DNA of 64,000 nucleotides, taken from the NCBI GenBank assembly GCA_002293025.1, contig DBCL01000015.1:24590-88589 (forward strand), given 5' to 3'. This DNA comes from Actinobacteria bacterium UBA959. Its GTDB lineage: Bacteria; Actinomycetota; Actinomycetes; S36-B12; UBA5976. The notes under the pieces were generated by a model. That model worked only from the letters and a program-made list of their open reading frames with translations. It made no database searches and had not been told where the DNA came from. This document shows positions 56,508 through 64,000 of this stretch, piece after piece; the first letter of the stretch is position 1; the number at the start of each line of letters is the position of its first letter. A program made the translations under genes and the position numbers.

Positions 56508-57293
56508 TTATGTTCCAACAATATGGCTATTGTCCGCCCAAAATGCAAACTTTTTCTGGAAAGCACGAACAATTATGTGAGCAAAAATACCCATTAAGGA
56601 GAGCACGATTAAAATCGCAAACATAGTTGGAGTTTCAAAATTGTATTGTGAAACTAAAACCATATTTCCCAGACCTTCTTGAGAGCCCAGGAATTCTCCA
56701 ACCACTGCCCCAAGAATTGCCAACAGAATACCTACGTCAAGTCCTGCGAAAAAGAATGGCATGGCACTTGGAACTTGTACTTTTCTAAATATTTGATATC
56801 TGGTGGCACCAAAAACTCGAAGCATCCGAATACGATCACTATCTGCAGACTTTAGGCCTTCAATAATATTAATTAAGATTGGGAAGAAAGCAATGGTGGC
56901 AGCCATTACTACCTTGCTTGTTTGGCCGAAACCAAACCAGATAATGAAAATTGGAGCCAAGGCAACTTTTGGAATTGCTTGAAAACCAACAAGATAAGGC
57001 ATAACTGTTTTCTCAACTATCTTGATCTGTGAAACAAATGTGCCAACAATGATTGCAAATAAAGTTGCAAAGAAGAAGCCGTACAAAGCCTCTTTCGTGG
57101 TAACCCACGCATTTTGCCAGAAATATGCATTTTGAAACTGCATAATAAGGGCTTCGCCAATGCGTGATGGAGTCGGCAAAATGGTCTCTTTTACTTCTAA
57201 GCGATTAATAAGAGTTTCCCACAGCCACATCACAAAAATGAAGACGACTGGTACTAGGAATATTTCAGGGCGGTTTCTCAGTTTCTCTTTCAT
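56508..57293 (-). CDS. ABC transporter permease (NitT/TauT-type, BPD inner-membrane component)
   Basis: 261 aa, about 6 TM segments. EAA-like loop ...RMLRVFGATRYQIFRKVQVPSAMPFFFAGL. Confidence 0.8.
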   Translation of the reverse strand: MKEKLRNRPEIFLVPVVFIFVMWLWETLINRLEVKETILPTPSRIGEALIMQFQNAYFWQNAWVTTKEALYGFFFATLFAIIVGTFVSQIKIVEKTVMPYLVGFQAIPKVALAPIFIIWFGFGQTSKVVMAATIAFFPILINIIEGLKSADSDRIRMLRVFGATRYQIFRKVQVPSAMPFFFAGLDVGILLAILGAVVGEFLGSQEGLGNMVLVSQYNFETPTMFAILIVLSLMGIFAHIIVRAFQKKFAFWADNSHIVGT

Positions 57294-57302
57294 TAGACTC
57301 CC

Positions 57303-58115
57303 CTACTCAATCACATTGCTGGAGCTGAAATAATGGCGAATGCGCTGCACATAGGCCCCAGCTGCATCGCTGGTGAGCATGTCCAAAGTTCTTGGCCGTG
57401 GTAAATCAATGCTAATGATTTCAGCAATTCGACCGGGACGAGGACTCATTACAATGACTCTGTCAGACAGAAATACGGCTTCAGTGATGGAGTGTGTGAC
57501 CAAGGCAATTGTCTGATTACTTTCTTTCCAGATTCGCAATAACTCTAAATTCATGTATTCACGTGTCATGGCGTCTAGGGCACCAAATGGCTCATCCATG
57601 AGTAATACTGATGGTGAGTGCACAAGAGCCCGACATATACCTGCACGCTGCTGCATACCACCACTTAGCTCATTTGGGTACTTATCCTCAAATCCATCTA
57701 GACCCACTAGTTTTAGTAAATCCATTGCGATTTGCTTGTATTGCTTCTTGTCTCGTTTTTGAATCTCTACCGGGATCATTACATTGCCTAATATTGTGCG
57801 CCAAGGCAAAAGTGTTGGTGCCTGAAATACCATCCCAATTTCAGGTAGTGGTTTGGAAACTTCTTGGCCCGCAACCTGCGCGCTACCTTCGGTCTTGCTA
57901 ATCAAGCCTGCCAAAACGTTAAGCAGAGTTGTCTTACCACAGCCAGATGGACCGACAATTGAAATGAACTCACCTTTACGAACTTTAAAATTGATGTCCG
58001 CGAGTGCATGTGTTGAACCGCCAGCGCGGGTTTTGTAAATTTTATGAAGTCCAGAAACGCTAATCCAGGACGCCTCCGAAGAGGCGTCCTGGATCGCGCT
58101 TTGATCTTGAGTCAT
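57303..58115 (-). CDS. ABC transporter ATP-binding protein (NitT/TauT-type)
   Basis: 270 aa. Walker A GPSGCGKTT, signature LSGGMQQR, Walker B LLMDEPFGALDA, H-loop VTHSI. Confidence 0.88.
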   Translation of the reverse strand: MTQDQSAIQDASSEASWISVSGLHKIYKTRAGGSTHALADINFKVRKGEFISIVGPSGCGKTTLLNVLAGLISKTEGSAQVAGQEVSKPLPEIGMVFQAPTLLPWRTILGNVMIPVEIQKRDKKQYKQIAMDLLKLVGLDGFEDKYPNELSGGMQQRAGICRALVHSPSVLLMDEPFGALDAMTREYMNLELLRIWKESNQTIALVTHSITEAVFLSDRVIVMSPRPGRIAEIISIDLPRPRTLDMLTSDAAGAYVQRIRHYFSSSNVIE

Positions 58116-58146
58116 GAATTAACTTACCCAAGTACCTTGTCGATGC

Positions 58147-59376
58147 TTACTTAGCTCGATCAGCTGCGGCCACAATTGGTTTGCGGTCGAAACTATTCGC
58201 ATTTTTCAGTACCTTGCTGTCAAAGTATCTGGCTCTCGAGATAGCAGTAACAGTTGTTCCTGCGGCTCTGGTGTAAGCCTGACTCTTGGTCCAGTCACCA
58301 AGCGGGATATCGCCCAAATAGTTCCACGACACTGGGGTACCCGATGTTGGTGTTGCTGTTGCAAGCCATGCTTTTAGTTGGAAGGTTCCTGAATCTAATC
58401 TGGAAGCCAAGGTCTGACCTGCAAGAGCTGCTGGGATCTCGGTGTAACCCAGGGTTGTTGCAGATTTGGTGTTTTGGGTTGAATAAATTAATCCCTTAAA
58501 TGCACCCCGTAAGAAACGTTCAAACACCTCTGGATCAGCGTTGTAACGGTCAGCATTTACCACCCATGAAAGTGATCGGACACCTGTCAAAGCTGCTGGA
58601 TTAGGAAGATAATTGTACTTCGTCCCAGTGAATTCAGTTGCAGCATATGCAGAGAGGAAGAATGCAAGTGCATCAACATCTCCACGCTCCAACGCAACTG
58701 TTGCTGGTGCAATTGATCCACCAACGGCAACTAGCTTGACGTCAGTTTCCTTCATGCCGTTTCCAGCTAGCCATGCTTTTGTAAATGGATAGCTACCCGA
58801 ACCAAACCCGATGATTCCAATGGTCTTACCCTTTAAGTCAGCAGGAGTTTTAATGTTCTTCTTTGGATCAGTAGTCATAGCCCATGGGAAGTTCTGAACT
58901 AGTCCACCAATAATTTTGATATTCACTCCACGAGCGATGCCTTGAAGGGCAGACCCAAGATCTGCGCCAGCAATATCAATTCGACCCTGACCTACAAGGT
59001 TTACGGCGTCAATTGATCCACCAGTGGTTACTGCAGATACATCTAGATTCTCAGCTTTGAAATAGCCAAGTTGTTTTGGAACTGCATAGACAGCAAATTC
59101 TTCTTTAGGTGCAAAAGCAGCAGACGCTGCTCCAAACACAACTGCTGCTTTCTTATAACCGGTCCACTTGGCCTTGCCAGCGGTTCCCTTACAAGCGAGT
59201 GTGTTGCCATTAGTTGCAACACCAACGGTGCCAACTGCGGTACAAGCTTGACCAGCTTTCACACCTGTTGCTGCAACAGTTGCAGGCGTTACAGCTGCAA
59301 CTAATGAGCCGGCTAATACAGCACCAAGAAGTGCGGTACGCACTTTCTTGAAGCTGGAGGTAGTTTGAATAGACAT
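58147..59376 (-). CDS. ABC transporter substrate-binding protein (NMT1/THI5-like, NitT/TauT family) with signal peptide and an N-terminal Cys-pair extension
   Basis: The track ORF starts at 59511. ATG at 59376 follows CCAAGGAGAC and gives MSIQTTSSFKKVRTALLGAVLAGSLVAAV (signal peptide). The core resembles NMT1/SsuA-type binding proteins by recall. Confidence 0.7.
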   Translation of the reverse strand: MSIQTTSSFKKVRTALLGAVLAGSLVAAVTPATVAATGVKAGQACTAVGTVGVATNGNTLACKGTAGKAKWTGYKKAAVVFGAASAAFAPKEEFAVYAVPKQLGYFKAENLDVSAVTTGGSIDAVNLVGQGRIDIAGADLGSALQGIARGVNIKIIGGLVQNFPWAMTTDPKKNIKTPADLKGKTIGIIGFGSGSYPFTKAWLAGNGMKETDVKLVAVGGSIAPATVALERGDVDALAFFLSAYAATEFTGTKYNYLPNPAALTGVRSLSWVVNADRYNADPEVFERFLRGAFKGLIYSTQNTKSATTLGYTEIPAALAGQTLASRLDSGTFQLKAWLATATPTSGTPVSWNYLGDIPLGDWTKSQAYTRAAGTTVTAISRARYFDSKVLKNANSFDRKPIVAAADRAK

Positions 59377-59402
59377 CTGTCTCCTTGGTAGGTAAGGCGT
59401 AA

Positions 59403-59427
59403 CCAACTTCCTAGGCTCAGGAGTTGG
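59403..59427. promoter_or_regulatory. Inverted repeat in the divergent control region of the ABC operon and the flavoenzyme gene (candidate operator or leader hairpin)
   Basis: CCAACTTCCT-aggctc-AGGAGTTGG (9 bp paired with one bulged base) centred on CCTAGG, followed by the tandem AGTTGG-CG-AGTTGG. It lies 27 nt upstream of the binding-protein ATG. Confidence 0.25.
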
Positions 59428-59564
59428 CGAGTTGGGAAACTCTAAGCCCCAAACGGCTAAAGTCACCTGCTGAGATTCCCTATTTTGACTAAATCGACAA
59501 ATTTCCCTCAATTTGCCTCATGGGTTGATGGGGGTTTACCTTCGCTAATTAAACCGATGCAGAG

Positions 59565-61565
59565 ATGAGGTCAATGAGCAGGCCATTGCTGTCCCCCTTC
59601 CGCCTAGGCAATATCCAACTGAGAAACCGAGTATTTCTGCCTGGTCACACTACAGACTTTGGTTTAAACAACCTTCCTACAAATCGCAACACGGAATACT
59701 TAGCCGCACGAGCTCGAGGTGGAGTTGGACTGATCATCTCGGAAGCAATTCGTATTCATCCAACTAGCGCAGGTAGAAACTTAACTTTGGGTGCTTTTGA
59801 TGATAACTGTATTGATGCCTATCAAAAACTAACTGATGGTGTTCATGAATTTGGAAGCGCAATTTTTGCTCAAATAATGCATGCCGGCCGACAAGCCAAC
59901 GGGGACGCAACGCGCACAGCTGCCTGGTCTTCTTCAGCAATACCCTGGACAGTAGGAGCAAACGTTCCGCACGTAATGAGTCATGGAGATATTGAAGCAA
60001 TGGTCAGAGCGTTTGGGTTAGCCGCCGTAAGAATGCAGCGCTCTGGTTTCGATGGTCTAGAAGTCCACATCGGTCATGGCCATTTAATTCAGCAGTTTTT
60101 GTCTCCAGCTACTAACAATCGCACCGATAAGTATGGGGGCTTACTAGTAAATCGAATCAGATTTGCCGAGGAGGTTTTAAACGAGATTTTTAAATCTGTC
60201 CCAGATTTTGTAGTTGGAATTCGAATAAGTGCCGATGAATTCTTACCTAATGGTCTAGATCCAAGTCAGATGGTCGAAATCGTTGATTTATTGCTCCAAA
60301 AATTTGATTTAGGTTTCGTACATGTGAGTCACTCTGCTTATCACGGATCCTGGACCCTACCAAGCCAGTTTGCGGATATGAATTTTGGTCATGCTCCGTA
60401 TCGTCATCACGCAGGAATTTTTAAGTCCGCTTTTTCTAATCTTGCGGTGCTAGCAGTTTGCAGATTAGACACGTTAACTGAAGCTCAGGAATTATTGGAA
60501 AACAACGAAGCAGACCTTGTTGGGTTAGCAAGACCACATATTGCTGATCCAGATTTAGTTTCTAAATTCGAACAAAATCGAGAATTAGATGTCAGGTCGT
60601 GTGTAGCTTGTAATCAAGAGTGTATAGGACGTGTCGAAAAGAGTTTACCAATCTCTTGTGTAGTAAACCCTGAGGTTGGAGCAGAACGCATCTGGCGCGA
60701 GATACGGATGAGACCTAAAGCATCACGGAAGGTATTGATCATTGGCGGTGGCCCCGCTGGCATGAAAGCCGCAGTAGCTGCAAGTGAAGCAGGCCATCAA
60801 GTAACTTTACTTGAGGCATCTGCAACTTTAGGTGGCCAAGTTGCTGTCGCCGCAAAGCTTAAAAAGCGCGAGCGATTTGGGTTATTGGTGCAGGACCTGA
60901 TAAGAGACCTCAGTAAATCCAATGTGAAAATTGAGTTAAATACCAAAGTTTCAGACTTATCTGAGATTTATGACCAGTATGACCAAATTATCGTTGCAAC
61001 TGGCTCTGACTTTGCACCAAGGAATTTTGGGGTAGGCATTGAAGTCATCACACCTTTACATGCAATCGCTAAGTTTGCAAACATTAAAGGTAACCCAAAT
61101 CAATCTGTTGTGGTCTTGGATGAAGAAGGAAGCTGGATAGCAGGCTCAATCGCTGAAGAGTTAGCAACCAATGGTTTCCAAGTTTATTTGATATCCCCAA
61201 CGGCCGGTTTATTTGGGCAAATTACAATGTACTCAAAGTTAGCCCTCATTCCAAGGCTAAAAGAGCTGGGAGTGCGTGTGTATCTGAGCTCAAAAATAGA
61301 GATAACAAACGAAATTCTTACCATTTCAAACTCATTGAATTCAGAAATGACTCTGGTTAGCAATTGCATCCAAGTAATTGATTGTGGTTCAAGGTTCTCA
61401 CAAGATGAGATTTATCAATCAGTAACTGCAAGTCAAAACAGCAAAGTGCACGTCATTGGCGACGCCCTTTCACCAAGGACCGCTGCTGAGGCAATCTATG
61501 AAGGACAAGCGGTTGGAACTTTCTTAGATTTGGATCAAGCATTAGCAAACATCGAACAACACTAA
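59565..61565 (+). CDS. Two-domain NADH:flavin oxidoreductase (OYE-like FMN domain, 4Fe-4S, FAD/NAD(P) domain; 2,4-dienoyl-CoA reductase FadH / BaiH / amine dehydrogenase family)
   Basis: 666 aa. LRNRVFLPGHTT and MHAGRQ (OYE fold), Cys cluster CVACNQECIGRVEKSLPISC (Cx2Cx3Cx11C), then VLIIGGGPAGMKAAVAA (Rossmann fold). Start could be Met4 (59574). Confidence 0.8.
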   Translation: MRSMSRPLLSPFRLGNIQLRNRVFLPGHTTDFGLNNLPTNRNTEYLAARARGGVGLIISEAIRIHPTSAGRNLTLGAFDDNCIDAYQKLTDGVHEFGSAIFAQIMHAGRQANGDATRTAAWSSSAIPWTVGANVPHVMSHGDIEAMVRAFGLAAVRMQRSGFDGLEVHIGHGHLIQQFLSPATNNRTDKYGGLLVNRIRFAEEVLNEIFKSVPDFVVGIRISADEFLPNGLDPSQMVEIVDLLLQKFDLGFVHVSHSAYHGSWTLPSQFADMNFGHAPYRHHAGIFKSAFSNLAVLAVCRLDTLTEAQELLENNEADLVGLARPHIADPDLVSKFEQNRELDVRSCVACNQECIGRVEKSLPISCVVNPEVGAERIWREIRMRPKASRKVLIIGGGPAGMKAAVAASEAGHQVTLLEASATLGGQVAVAAKLKKRERFGLLVQDLIRDLSKSNVKIELNTKVSDLSEIYDQYDQIIVATGSDFAPRNFGVGIEVITPLHAIAKFANIKGNPNQSVVVLDEEGSWIAGSIAEELATNGFQVYLISPTAGLFGQITMYSKLALIPRLKELGVRVYLSSKIEITNEILTISNSLNSEMTLVSNCIQVIDCGSRFSQDEIYQSVTASQNSKVHVIGDALSPRTAAEAIYEGQAVGTFLDLDQALANIEQH

Positions 61566-61574
61566 AGGAGACCC

Positions 61575-61946
61575 ATGGACGCGGCAGCAATGATTGATAA
61601 ATTTCTTCAACTAAATGAAGATCGAAAATTAGAAGAAGCACAAGCCATGATGGCAAAGGGATGCAAGATTGAATTTCCTGGCGCCCGTAGATTTGAGAAT
61701 CTAGCTGAGATGGTGGCAAACGCCAAAGGTAGATACAACTGGGTTCGCAAGCATCGTGAACGCTATTTTGTTGGGGTCAACGGCAGCCAAACAACCGTTA
61801 CTTCCCTGGGCACTTTATACGGTGAAAACTTGTCAGGTAAAGCATTTGAGGGTGTTCGTTATGTGGATGTTTTCATTATTGAAAATGGATTAATTGTTGA
61901 GCAGATGGTTTGGAACGATTTTGCTGAGCTGGGTGTATTGAACTAG
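61575..61946 (+). CDS. NTF2-fold / SnoaL-like small protein (ketosteroid-isomerase-like superfamily)
   Basis: 123 aa. The size and the pattern IDKFLQLNEDRKLEEAQAMMAKGCKIEFPG ... VDVFIIENGLIVEQMVWND are typical of SnoaL/NTF2-like proteins. Weak, fold-level call. Confidence 0.45.
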   Translation: MDAAAMIDKFLQLNEDRKLEEAQAMMAKGCKIEFPGARRFENLAEMVANAKGRYNWVRKHRERYFVGVNGSQTTVTSLGTLYGENLSGKAFEGVRYVDVFIIENGLIVEQMVWNDFAELGVLN

Positions 61947-63307
61947 TTTTTGGATTTTGCAGCAATTTCTTTGGCCGCTAAATAAGCAAATCCAAAGGCA
62001 GCTAACAAACCATTACCGGCTAGGTAGCCATCTGATCCATGACCTGAAATTCCAATTGCTGCTCCACCAGCGGCATACAAGCCTGAAATTGGCTTTGATT
62101 GCTTATCAATTACTGCTCCAACGCCATTTACAACCAAGCCACCTTGAGTGTGAAACAAAGAAGGGCGCAGTTTGATTGCCCCAAATGGTGCTTTCAACAC
62201 TTTTTCAAAAGTCTTCCTGCCAAATCTGTCTTCAGTAGTTTTCTCAAACACCGCAGTTGCATTAGCAACTTCCATCTCTAAACTCGAGGAAGGTACTCCA
62301 ATTTTTGAAGCCAGCTCATCGACTGAATCAGCCCAAACAATTGCACCGCTATTAACAGTTACCTCAAACTCCTTGAAAGACATTGAGCCATCATGAATAT
62401 CGCGGTCAATAATCAACCAGCCAGTGCTATTTTCTTGTTTAGATAAGATTGCTGCGTATTCAGAGTAACCTGCTGATTCGTCTCCAAATCTAATTCCGTC
62501 TAGATTAACAATAAATCCGCCCTGCATCACAGTTGCCCAGCCAACTAATGTATTCGCATGAGCAGCTATTGCAGCGTGCCCTTGATAGGCATCTAAAAAT
62601 CCCATCGCTGCTCCGTGCTTGGTGCCAATCTCCAAAGCCTCGCCCATAGAATGCGGTGACCCGTGGTAATAAGCATCCGAAATCTCTGCATTGTATTTTG
62701 CTACTAGTTCTTTGTTGGCTGCGTAGCCATTTGTGGCTAGAAGCAAATTCTTAGTTTCGATATTAGTTCGGGTTCCATCCTTTGCCTCAACCACGGCAGC
62801 ATGAACTTGGCCGTTTATTAGAACCACATCTACTAGTCGGGTACTTGGTTTAAAATCAAATTTCTTATCTTGCTGAGCTTTGGCCCAAATAGGTCTCATT
62901 ACTTCATGGCCTTTTCGCCCCGTAACAGTTAGACATCGATCTACCGAGTGCCCTGGGTAATGAAAGTCAGTTACTAATTCCCATGGAACTTTCAATGAGT
63001 CAGCCATCCACTCAAGTAATTCAACGCTCACTTCAGTTAAAGCTTTGGTTGCAATCGGGTCTGCAGAATTCTTAGTTTTCTTCATTATGTCTTTAGTAAA
63101 GAGCTCAGGTGAATCAATTATCCCCTGATTTTTCTGCCAACGTGTTCCAGCACCTGGGAACATCCCAGTGGTTCTCGATGTGTTGCAACTTTCAATAAAG
63201 TCATCTGAAGCATCAATCAGCAATACATTTAAGCCAAGTTGAGCTGCTTTTATTGCACCAATTAAGCCGCCACCTGCACCTGCAACTATTAGATCGTATG
63301 GTTTCAA
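61943..63307 (-). CDS. FAD-dependent oxidoreductase (FAD_binding_2: KstD / fumarate reductase flavoprotein-like)
   Basis: 454 aa. YDLIVAGAGGGLIGAIKAAQLGLNVLLIDA, and C-terminal TQGGLVVN...GLYAAGGAA typical of the soluble fumarate reductase / 3-ketosteroid dehydrogenase family. Confidence 0.7.
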   Translation of the reverse strand: MKPYDLIVAGAGGGLIGAIKAAQLGLNVLLIDASDDFIESCNTSRTTGMFPGAGTRWQKNQGIIDSPELFTKDIMKKTKNSADPIATKALTEVSVELLEWMADSLKVPWELVTDFHYPGHSVDRCLTVTGRKGHEVMRPIWAKAQQDKKFDFKPSTRLVDVVLINGQVHAAVVEAKDGTRTNIETKNLLLATNGYAANKELVAKYNAEISDAYYHGSPHSMGEALEIGTKHGAAMGFLDAYQGHAAIAAHANTLVGWATVMQGGFIVNLDGIRFGDESAGYSEYAAILSKQENSTGWLIIDRDIHDGSMSFKEFEVTVNSGAIVWADSVDELASKIGVPSSSLEMEVANATAVFEKTTEDRFGRKTFEKVLKAPFGAIKLRPSLFHTQGGLVVNGVGAVIDKQSKPISGLYAAGGAAIGISGHGSDGYLAGNGLLAAFGFAYLAAKEIAAKSKN

Positions 63308-63939
63308 CTCAACTGCACTTTTCTATCTGCAATTAATTGAAGGGCTAATTCAGTTGGATCAACAACTTTGAGCTTCAAGCCACTCTCATCAACATCTACA
63401 GCTGAGCAGCCATTAATTACAGCAGTTGCGCCCTTTGCTTCGAGTGCAACCAATGCCCCACGAAGAGCGCTGTTCCAAGTAGCATCGTCGCTAATTGCAT
63501 CAAAGCTTAAATTCAATACTTCCAAGCCAACAAATTCCTTGTCGAAGCCATATTCACTAATCCGTCTAACCAACTCTGCTCCAATAGCAGGGTTTCTAGT
63601 TACTGCACCAATTTTGTGACCAGCAGATGCAAGGTGAGAAACGACACTTTCCAGCATGCCAACAATTAATGGATCTTGATTTTGTCTAAATCCGGGATCA
63701 AGCACGCAATCAGGTAGTACTGCATCGAATCTGGTTAAGTCCATTGCTTCCAAATCTCGAGCAAGGCAGGTATCGCTTTCAATAACATCAGATTGCTGAT
63801 CTAAGGCTCTTGGTGCTGGTTGGTTTAAGTTCCTTAATTCCACTGTAAGCCCAGTTGGCGCAAACTTGTCATATCTTGCTTGTCGTCGAGCAAGCTCAGT
63901 TTCAGTTACGGTGATTGGAGTAATTGAGAGCAGTCGCAT
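63304..63939 (-). CDS. Asp/Glu/hydantoin racemase-family enzyme (two-thiol racemase/isomerase type)
   Basis: 211 aa. Candidate catalytic cysteines at hand-counted positions 78 (LPDCVLDP) and 178 (INGCSAV). This spacing matches what I recall for hydantoin/allantoin racemases. SD AAGGAG upstream. Confidence 0.6.
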   Translation of the reverse strand: MRLLSITPITVTETELARRQARYDKFAPTGLTVELRNLNQPAPRALDQQSDVIESDTCLARDLEAMDLTRFDAVLPDCVLDPGFRQNQDPLIVGMLESVVSHLASAGHKIGAVTRNPAIGAELVRRISEYGFDKEFVGLEVLNLSFDAISDDATWNSALRGALVALEAKGATAVINGCSAVDVDESGLKLKVVDPTELALQLIADRKVQLS

Positions 63940-64000
63940 AAGTCTCCTTGGGTCAAGGCCGTGACCATACTCTCAAATAATTAGGTTTTCCAGCAAGACA

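Noticed and set aside
1-64000. Search for tRNA, rRNA, CRISPR arrays, IS elements, integrases, toxin-antitoxin pairs or known defence systems
   Set aside because: Only five non-coding stretches exceed about 140 nt, and none shows a cloverleaf or GTTCGAATC-type T-arm, or regularly spaced repeats. No ORF has transposase, integrase, nuclease-helicase or other defence-type motifs that I could recognise. None reported.

Overview
This window is a very gene-dense chromosomal core region with almost no non-coding DNA. Gene order suggests an actinobacterium. The evidence is: hisD-C-B-H-hisA(priA-type)...hisF; dnaE1-rluD-lspA-dksA-like next to ileS; a full dcw division/cell-wall cluster (mraZ-rsmH-ftsL-ftsI-murE-murF-mraY-murD, ftsW-murG-murC-ftsQ, ftsZ-pgeF-yggS-sepF-yggT); a DUF3040 gene; a divergent metF/polyprenyl synthase pair; and a mycobacterial-type LexA box. 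By eye the DNA is AT-richer and far more compact than in classical high-GC actinobacteria. Many start/stop overlaps occur, and convergent genes share stop codons. This fits a streamlined lineage (for example freshwater acI/Nanopelagicales-like or small Microbacteriaceae-like), but that is inference only. About 60 CDS are supported. I saw no tRNA, rRNA, CRISPR array, transposase, integrase or long repeat. Five things merit a second look. (1) A LexA-box-controlled operon of small ORF, dnaE2 and a catalytically intact dinB, with no imuA'/imuB in the window. (2) A carotenoid end-group modification module (crtA-like, cruF-like, GT2, crtD-like), separate from crtE-crtI-crtB, predicting a hydroxylated/glycosylated carotenoid. 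(3) Three departures from the canonical actinobacterial dcw cluster: gabD inserted antisense between murD and ftsW; a lipoprotein, MsiK-like ATPase and LacI gene between ftsQ and ftsZ; and no divIVA after yggT. (4) A catabolic island of unknown substrate (NitT/TauT-type ABC importer, SDR, FadH/OYE-type flavoenzyme, NTF2-like protein, KstD/fumarate-reductase-like flavoprotein, hydantoin-racemase-type enzyme). (5) Structured or repeat-bearing non-coding spacers around mraZ. All family calls come from motif recognition by eye. No database search was run.
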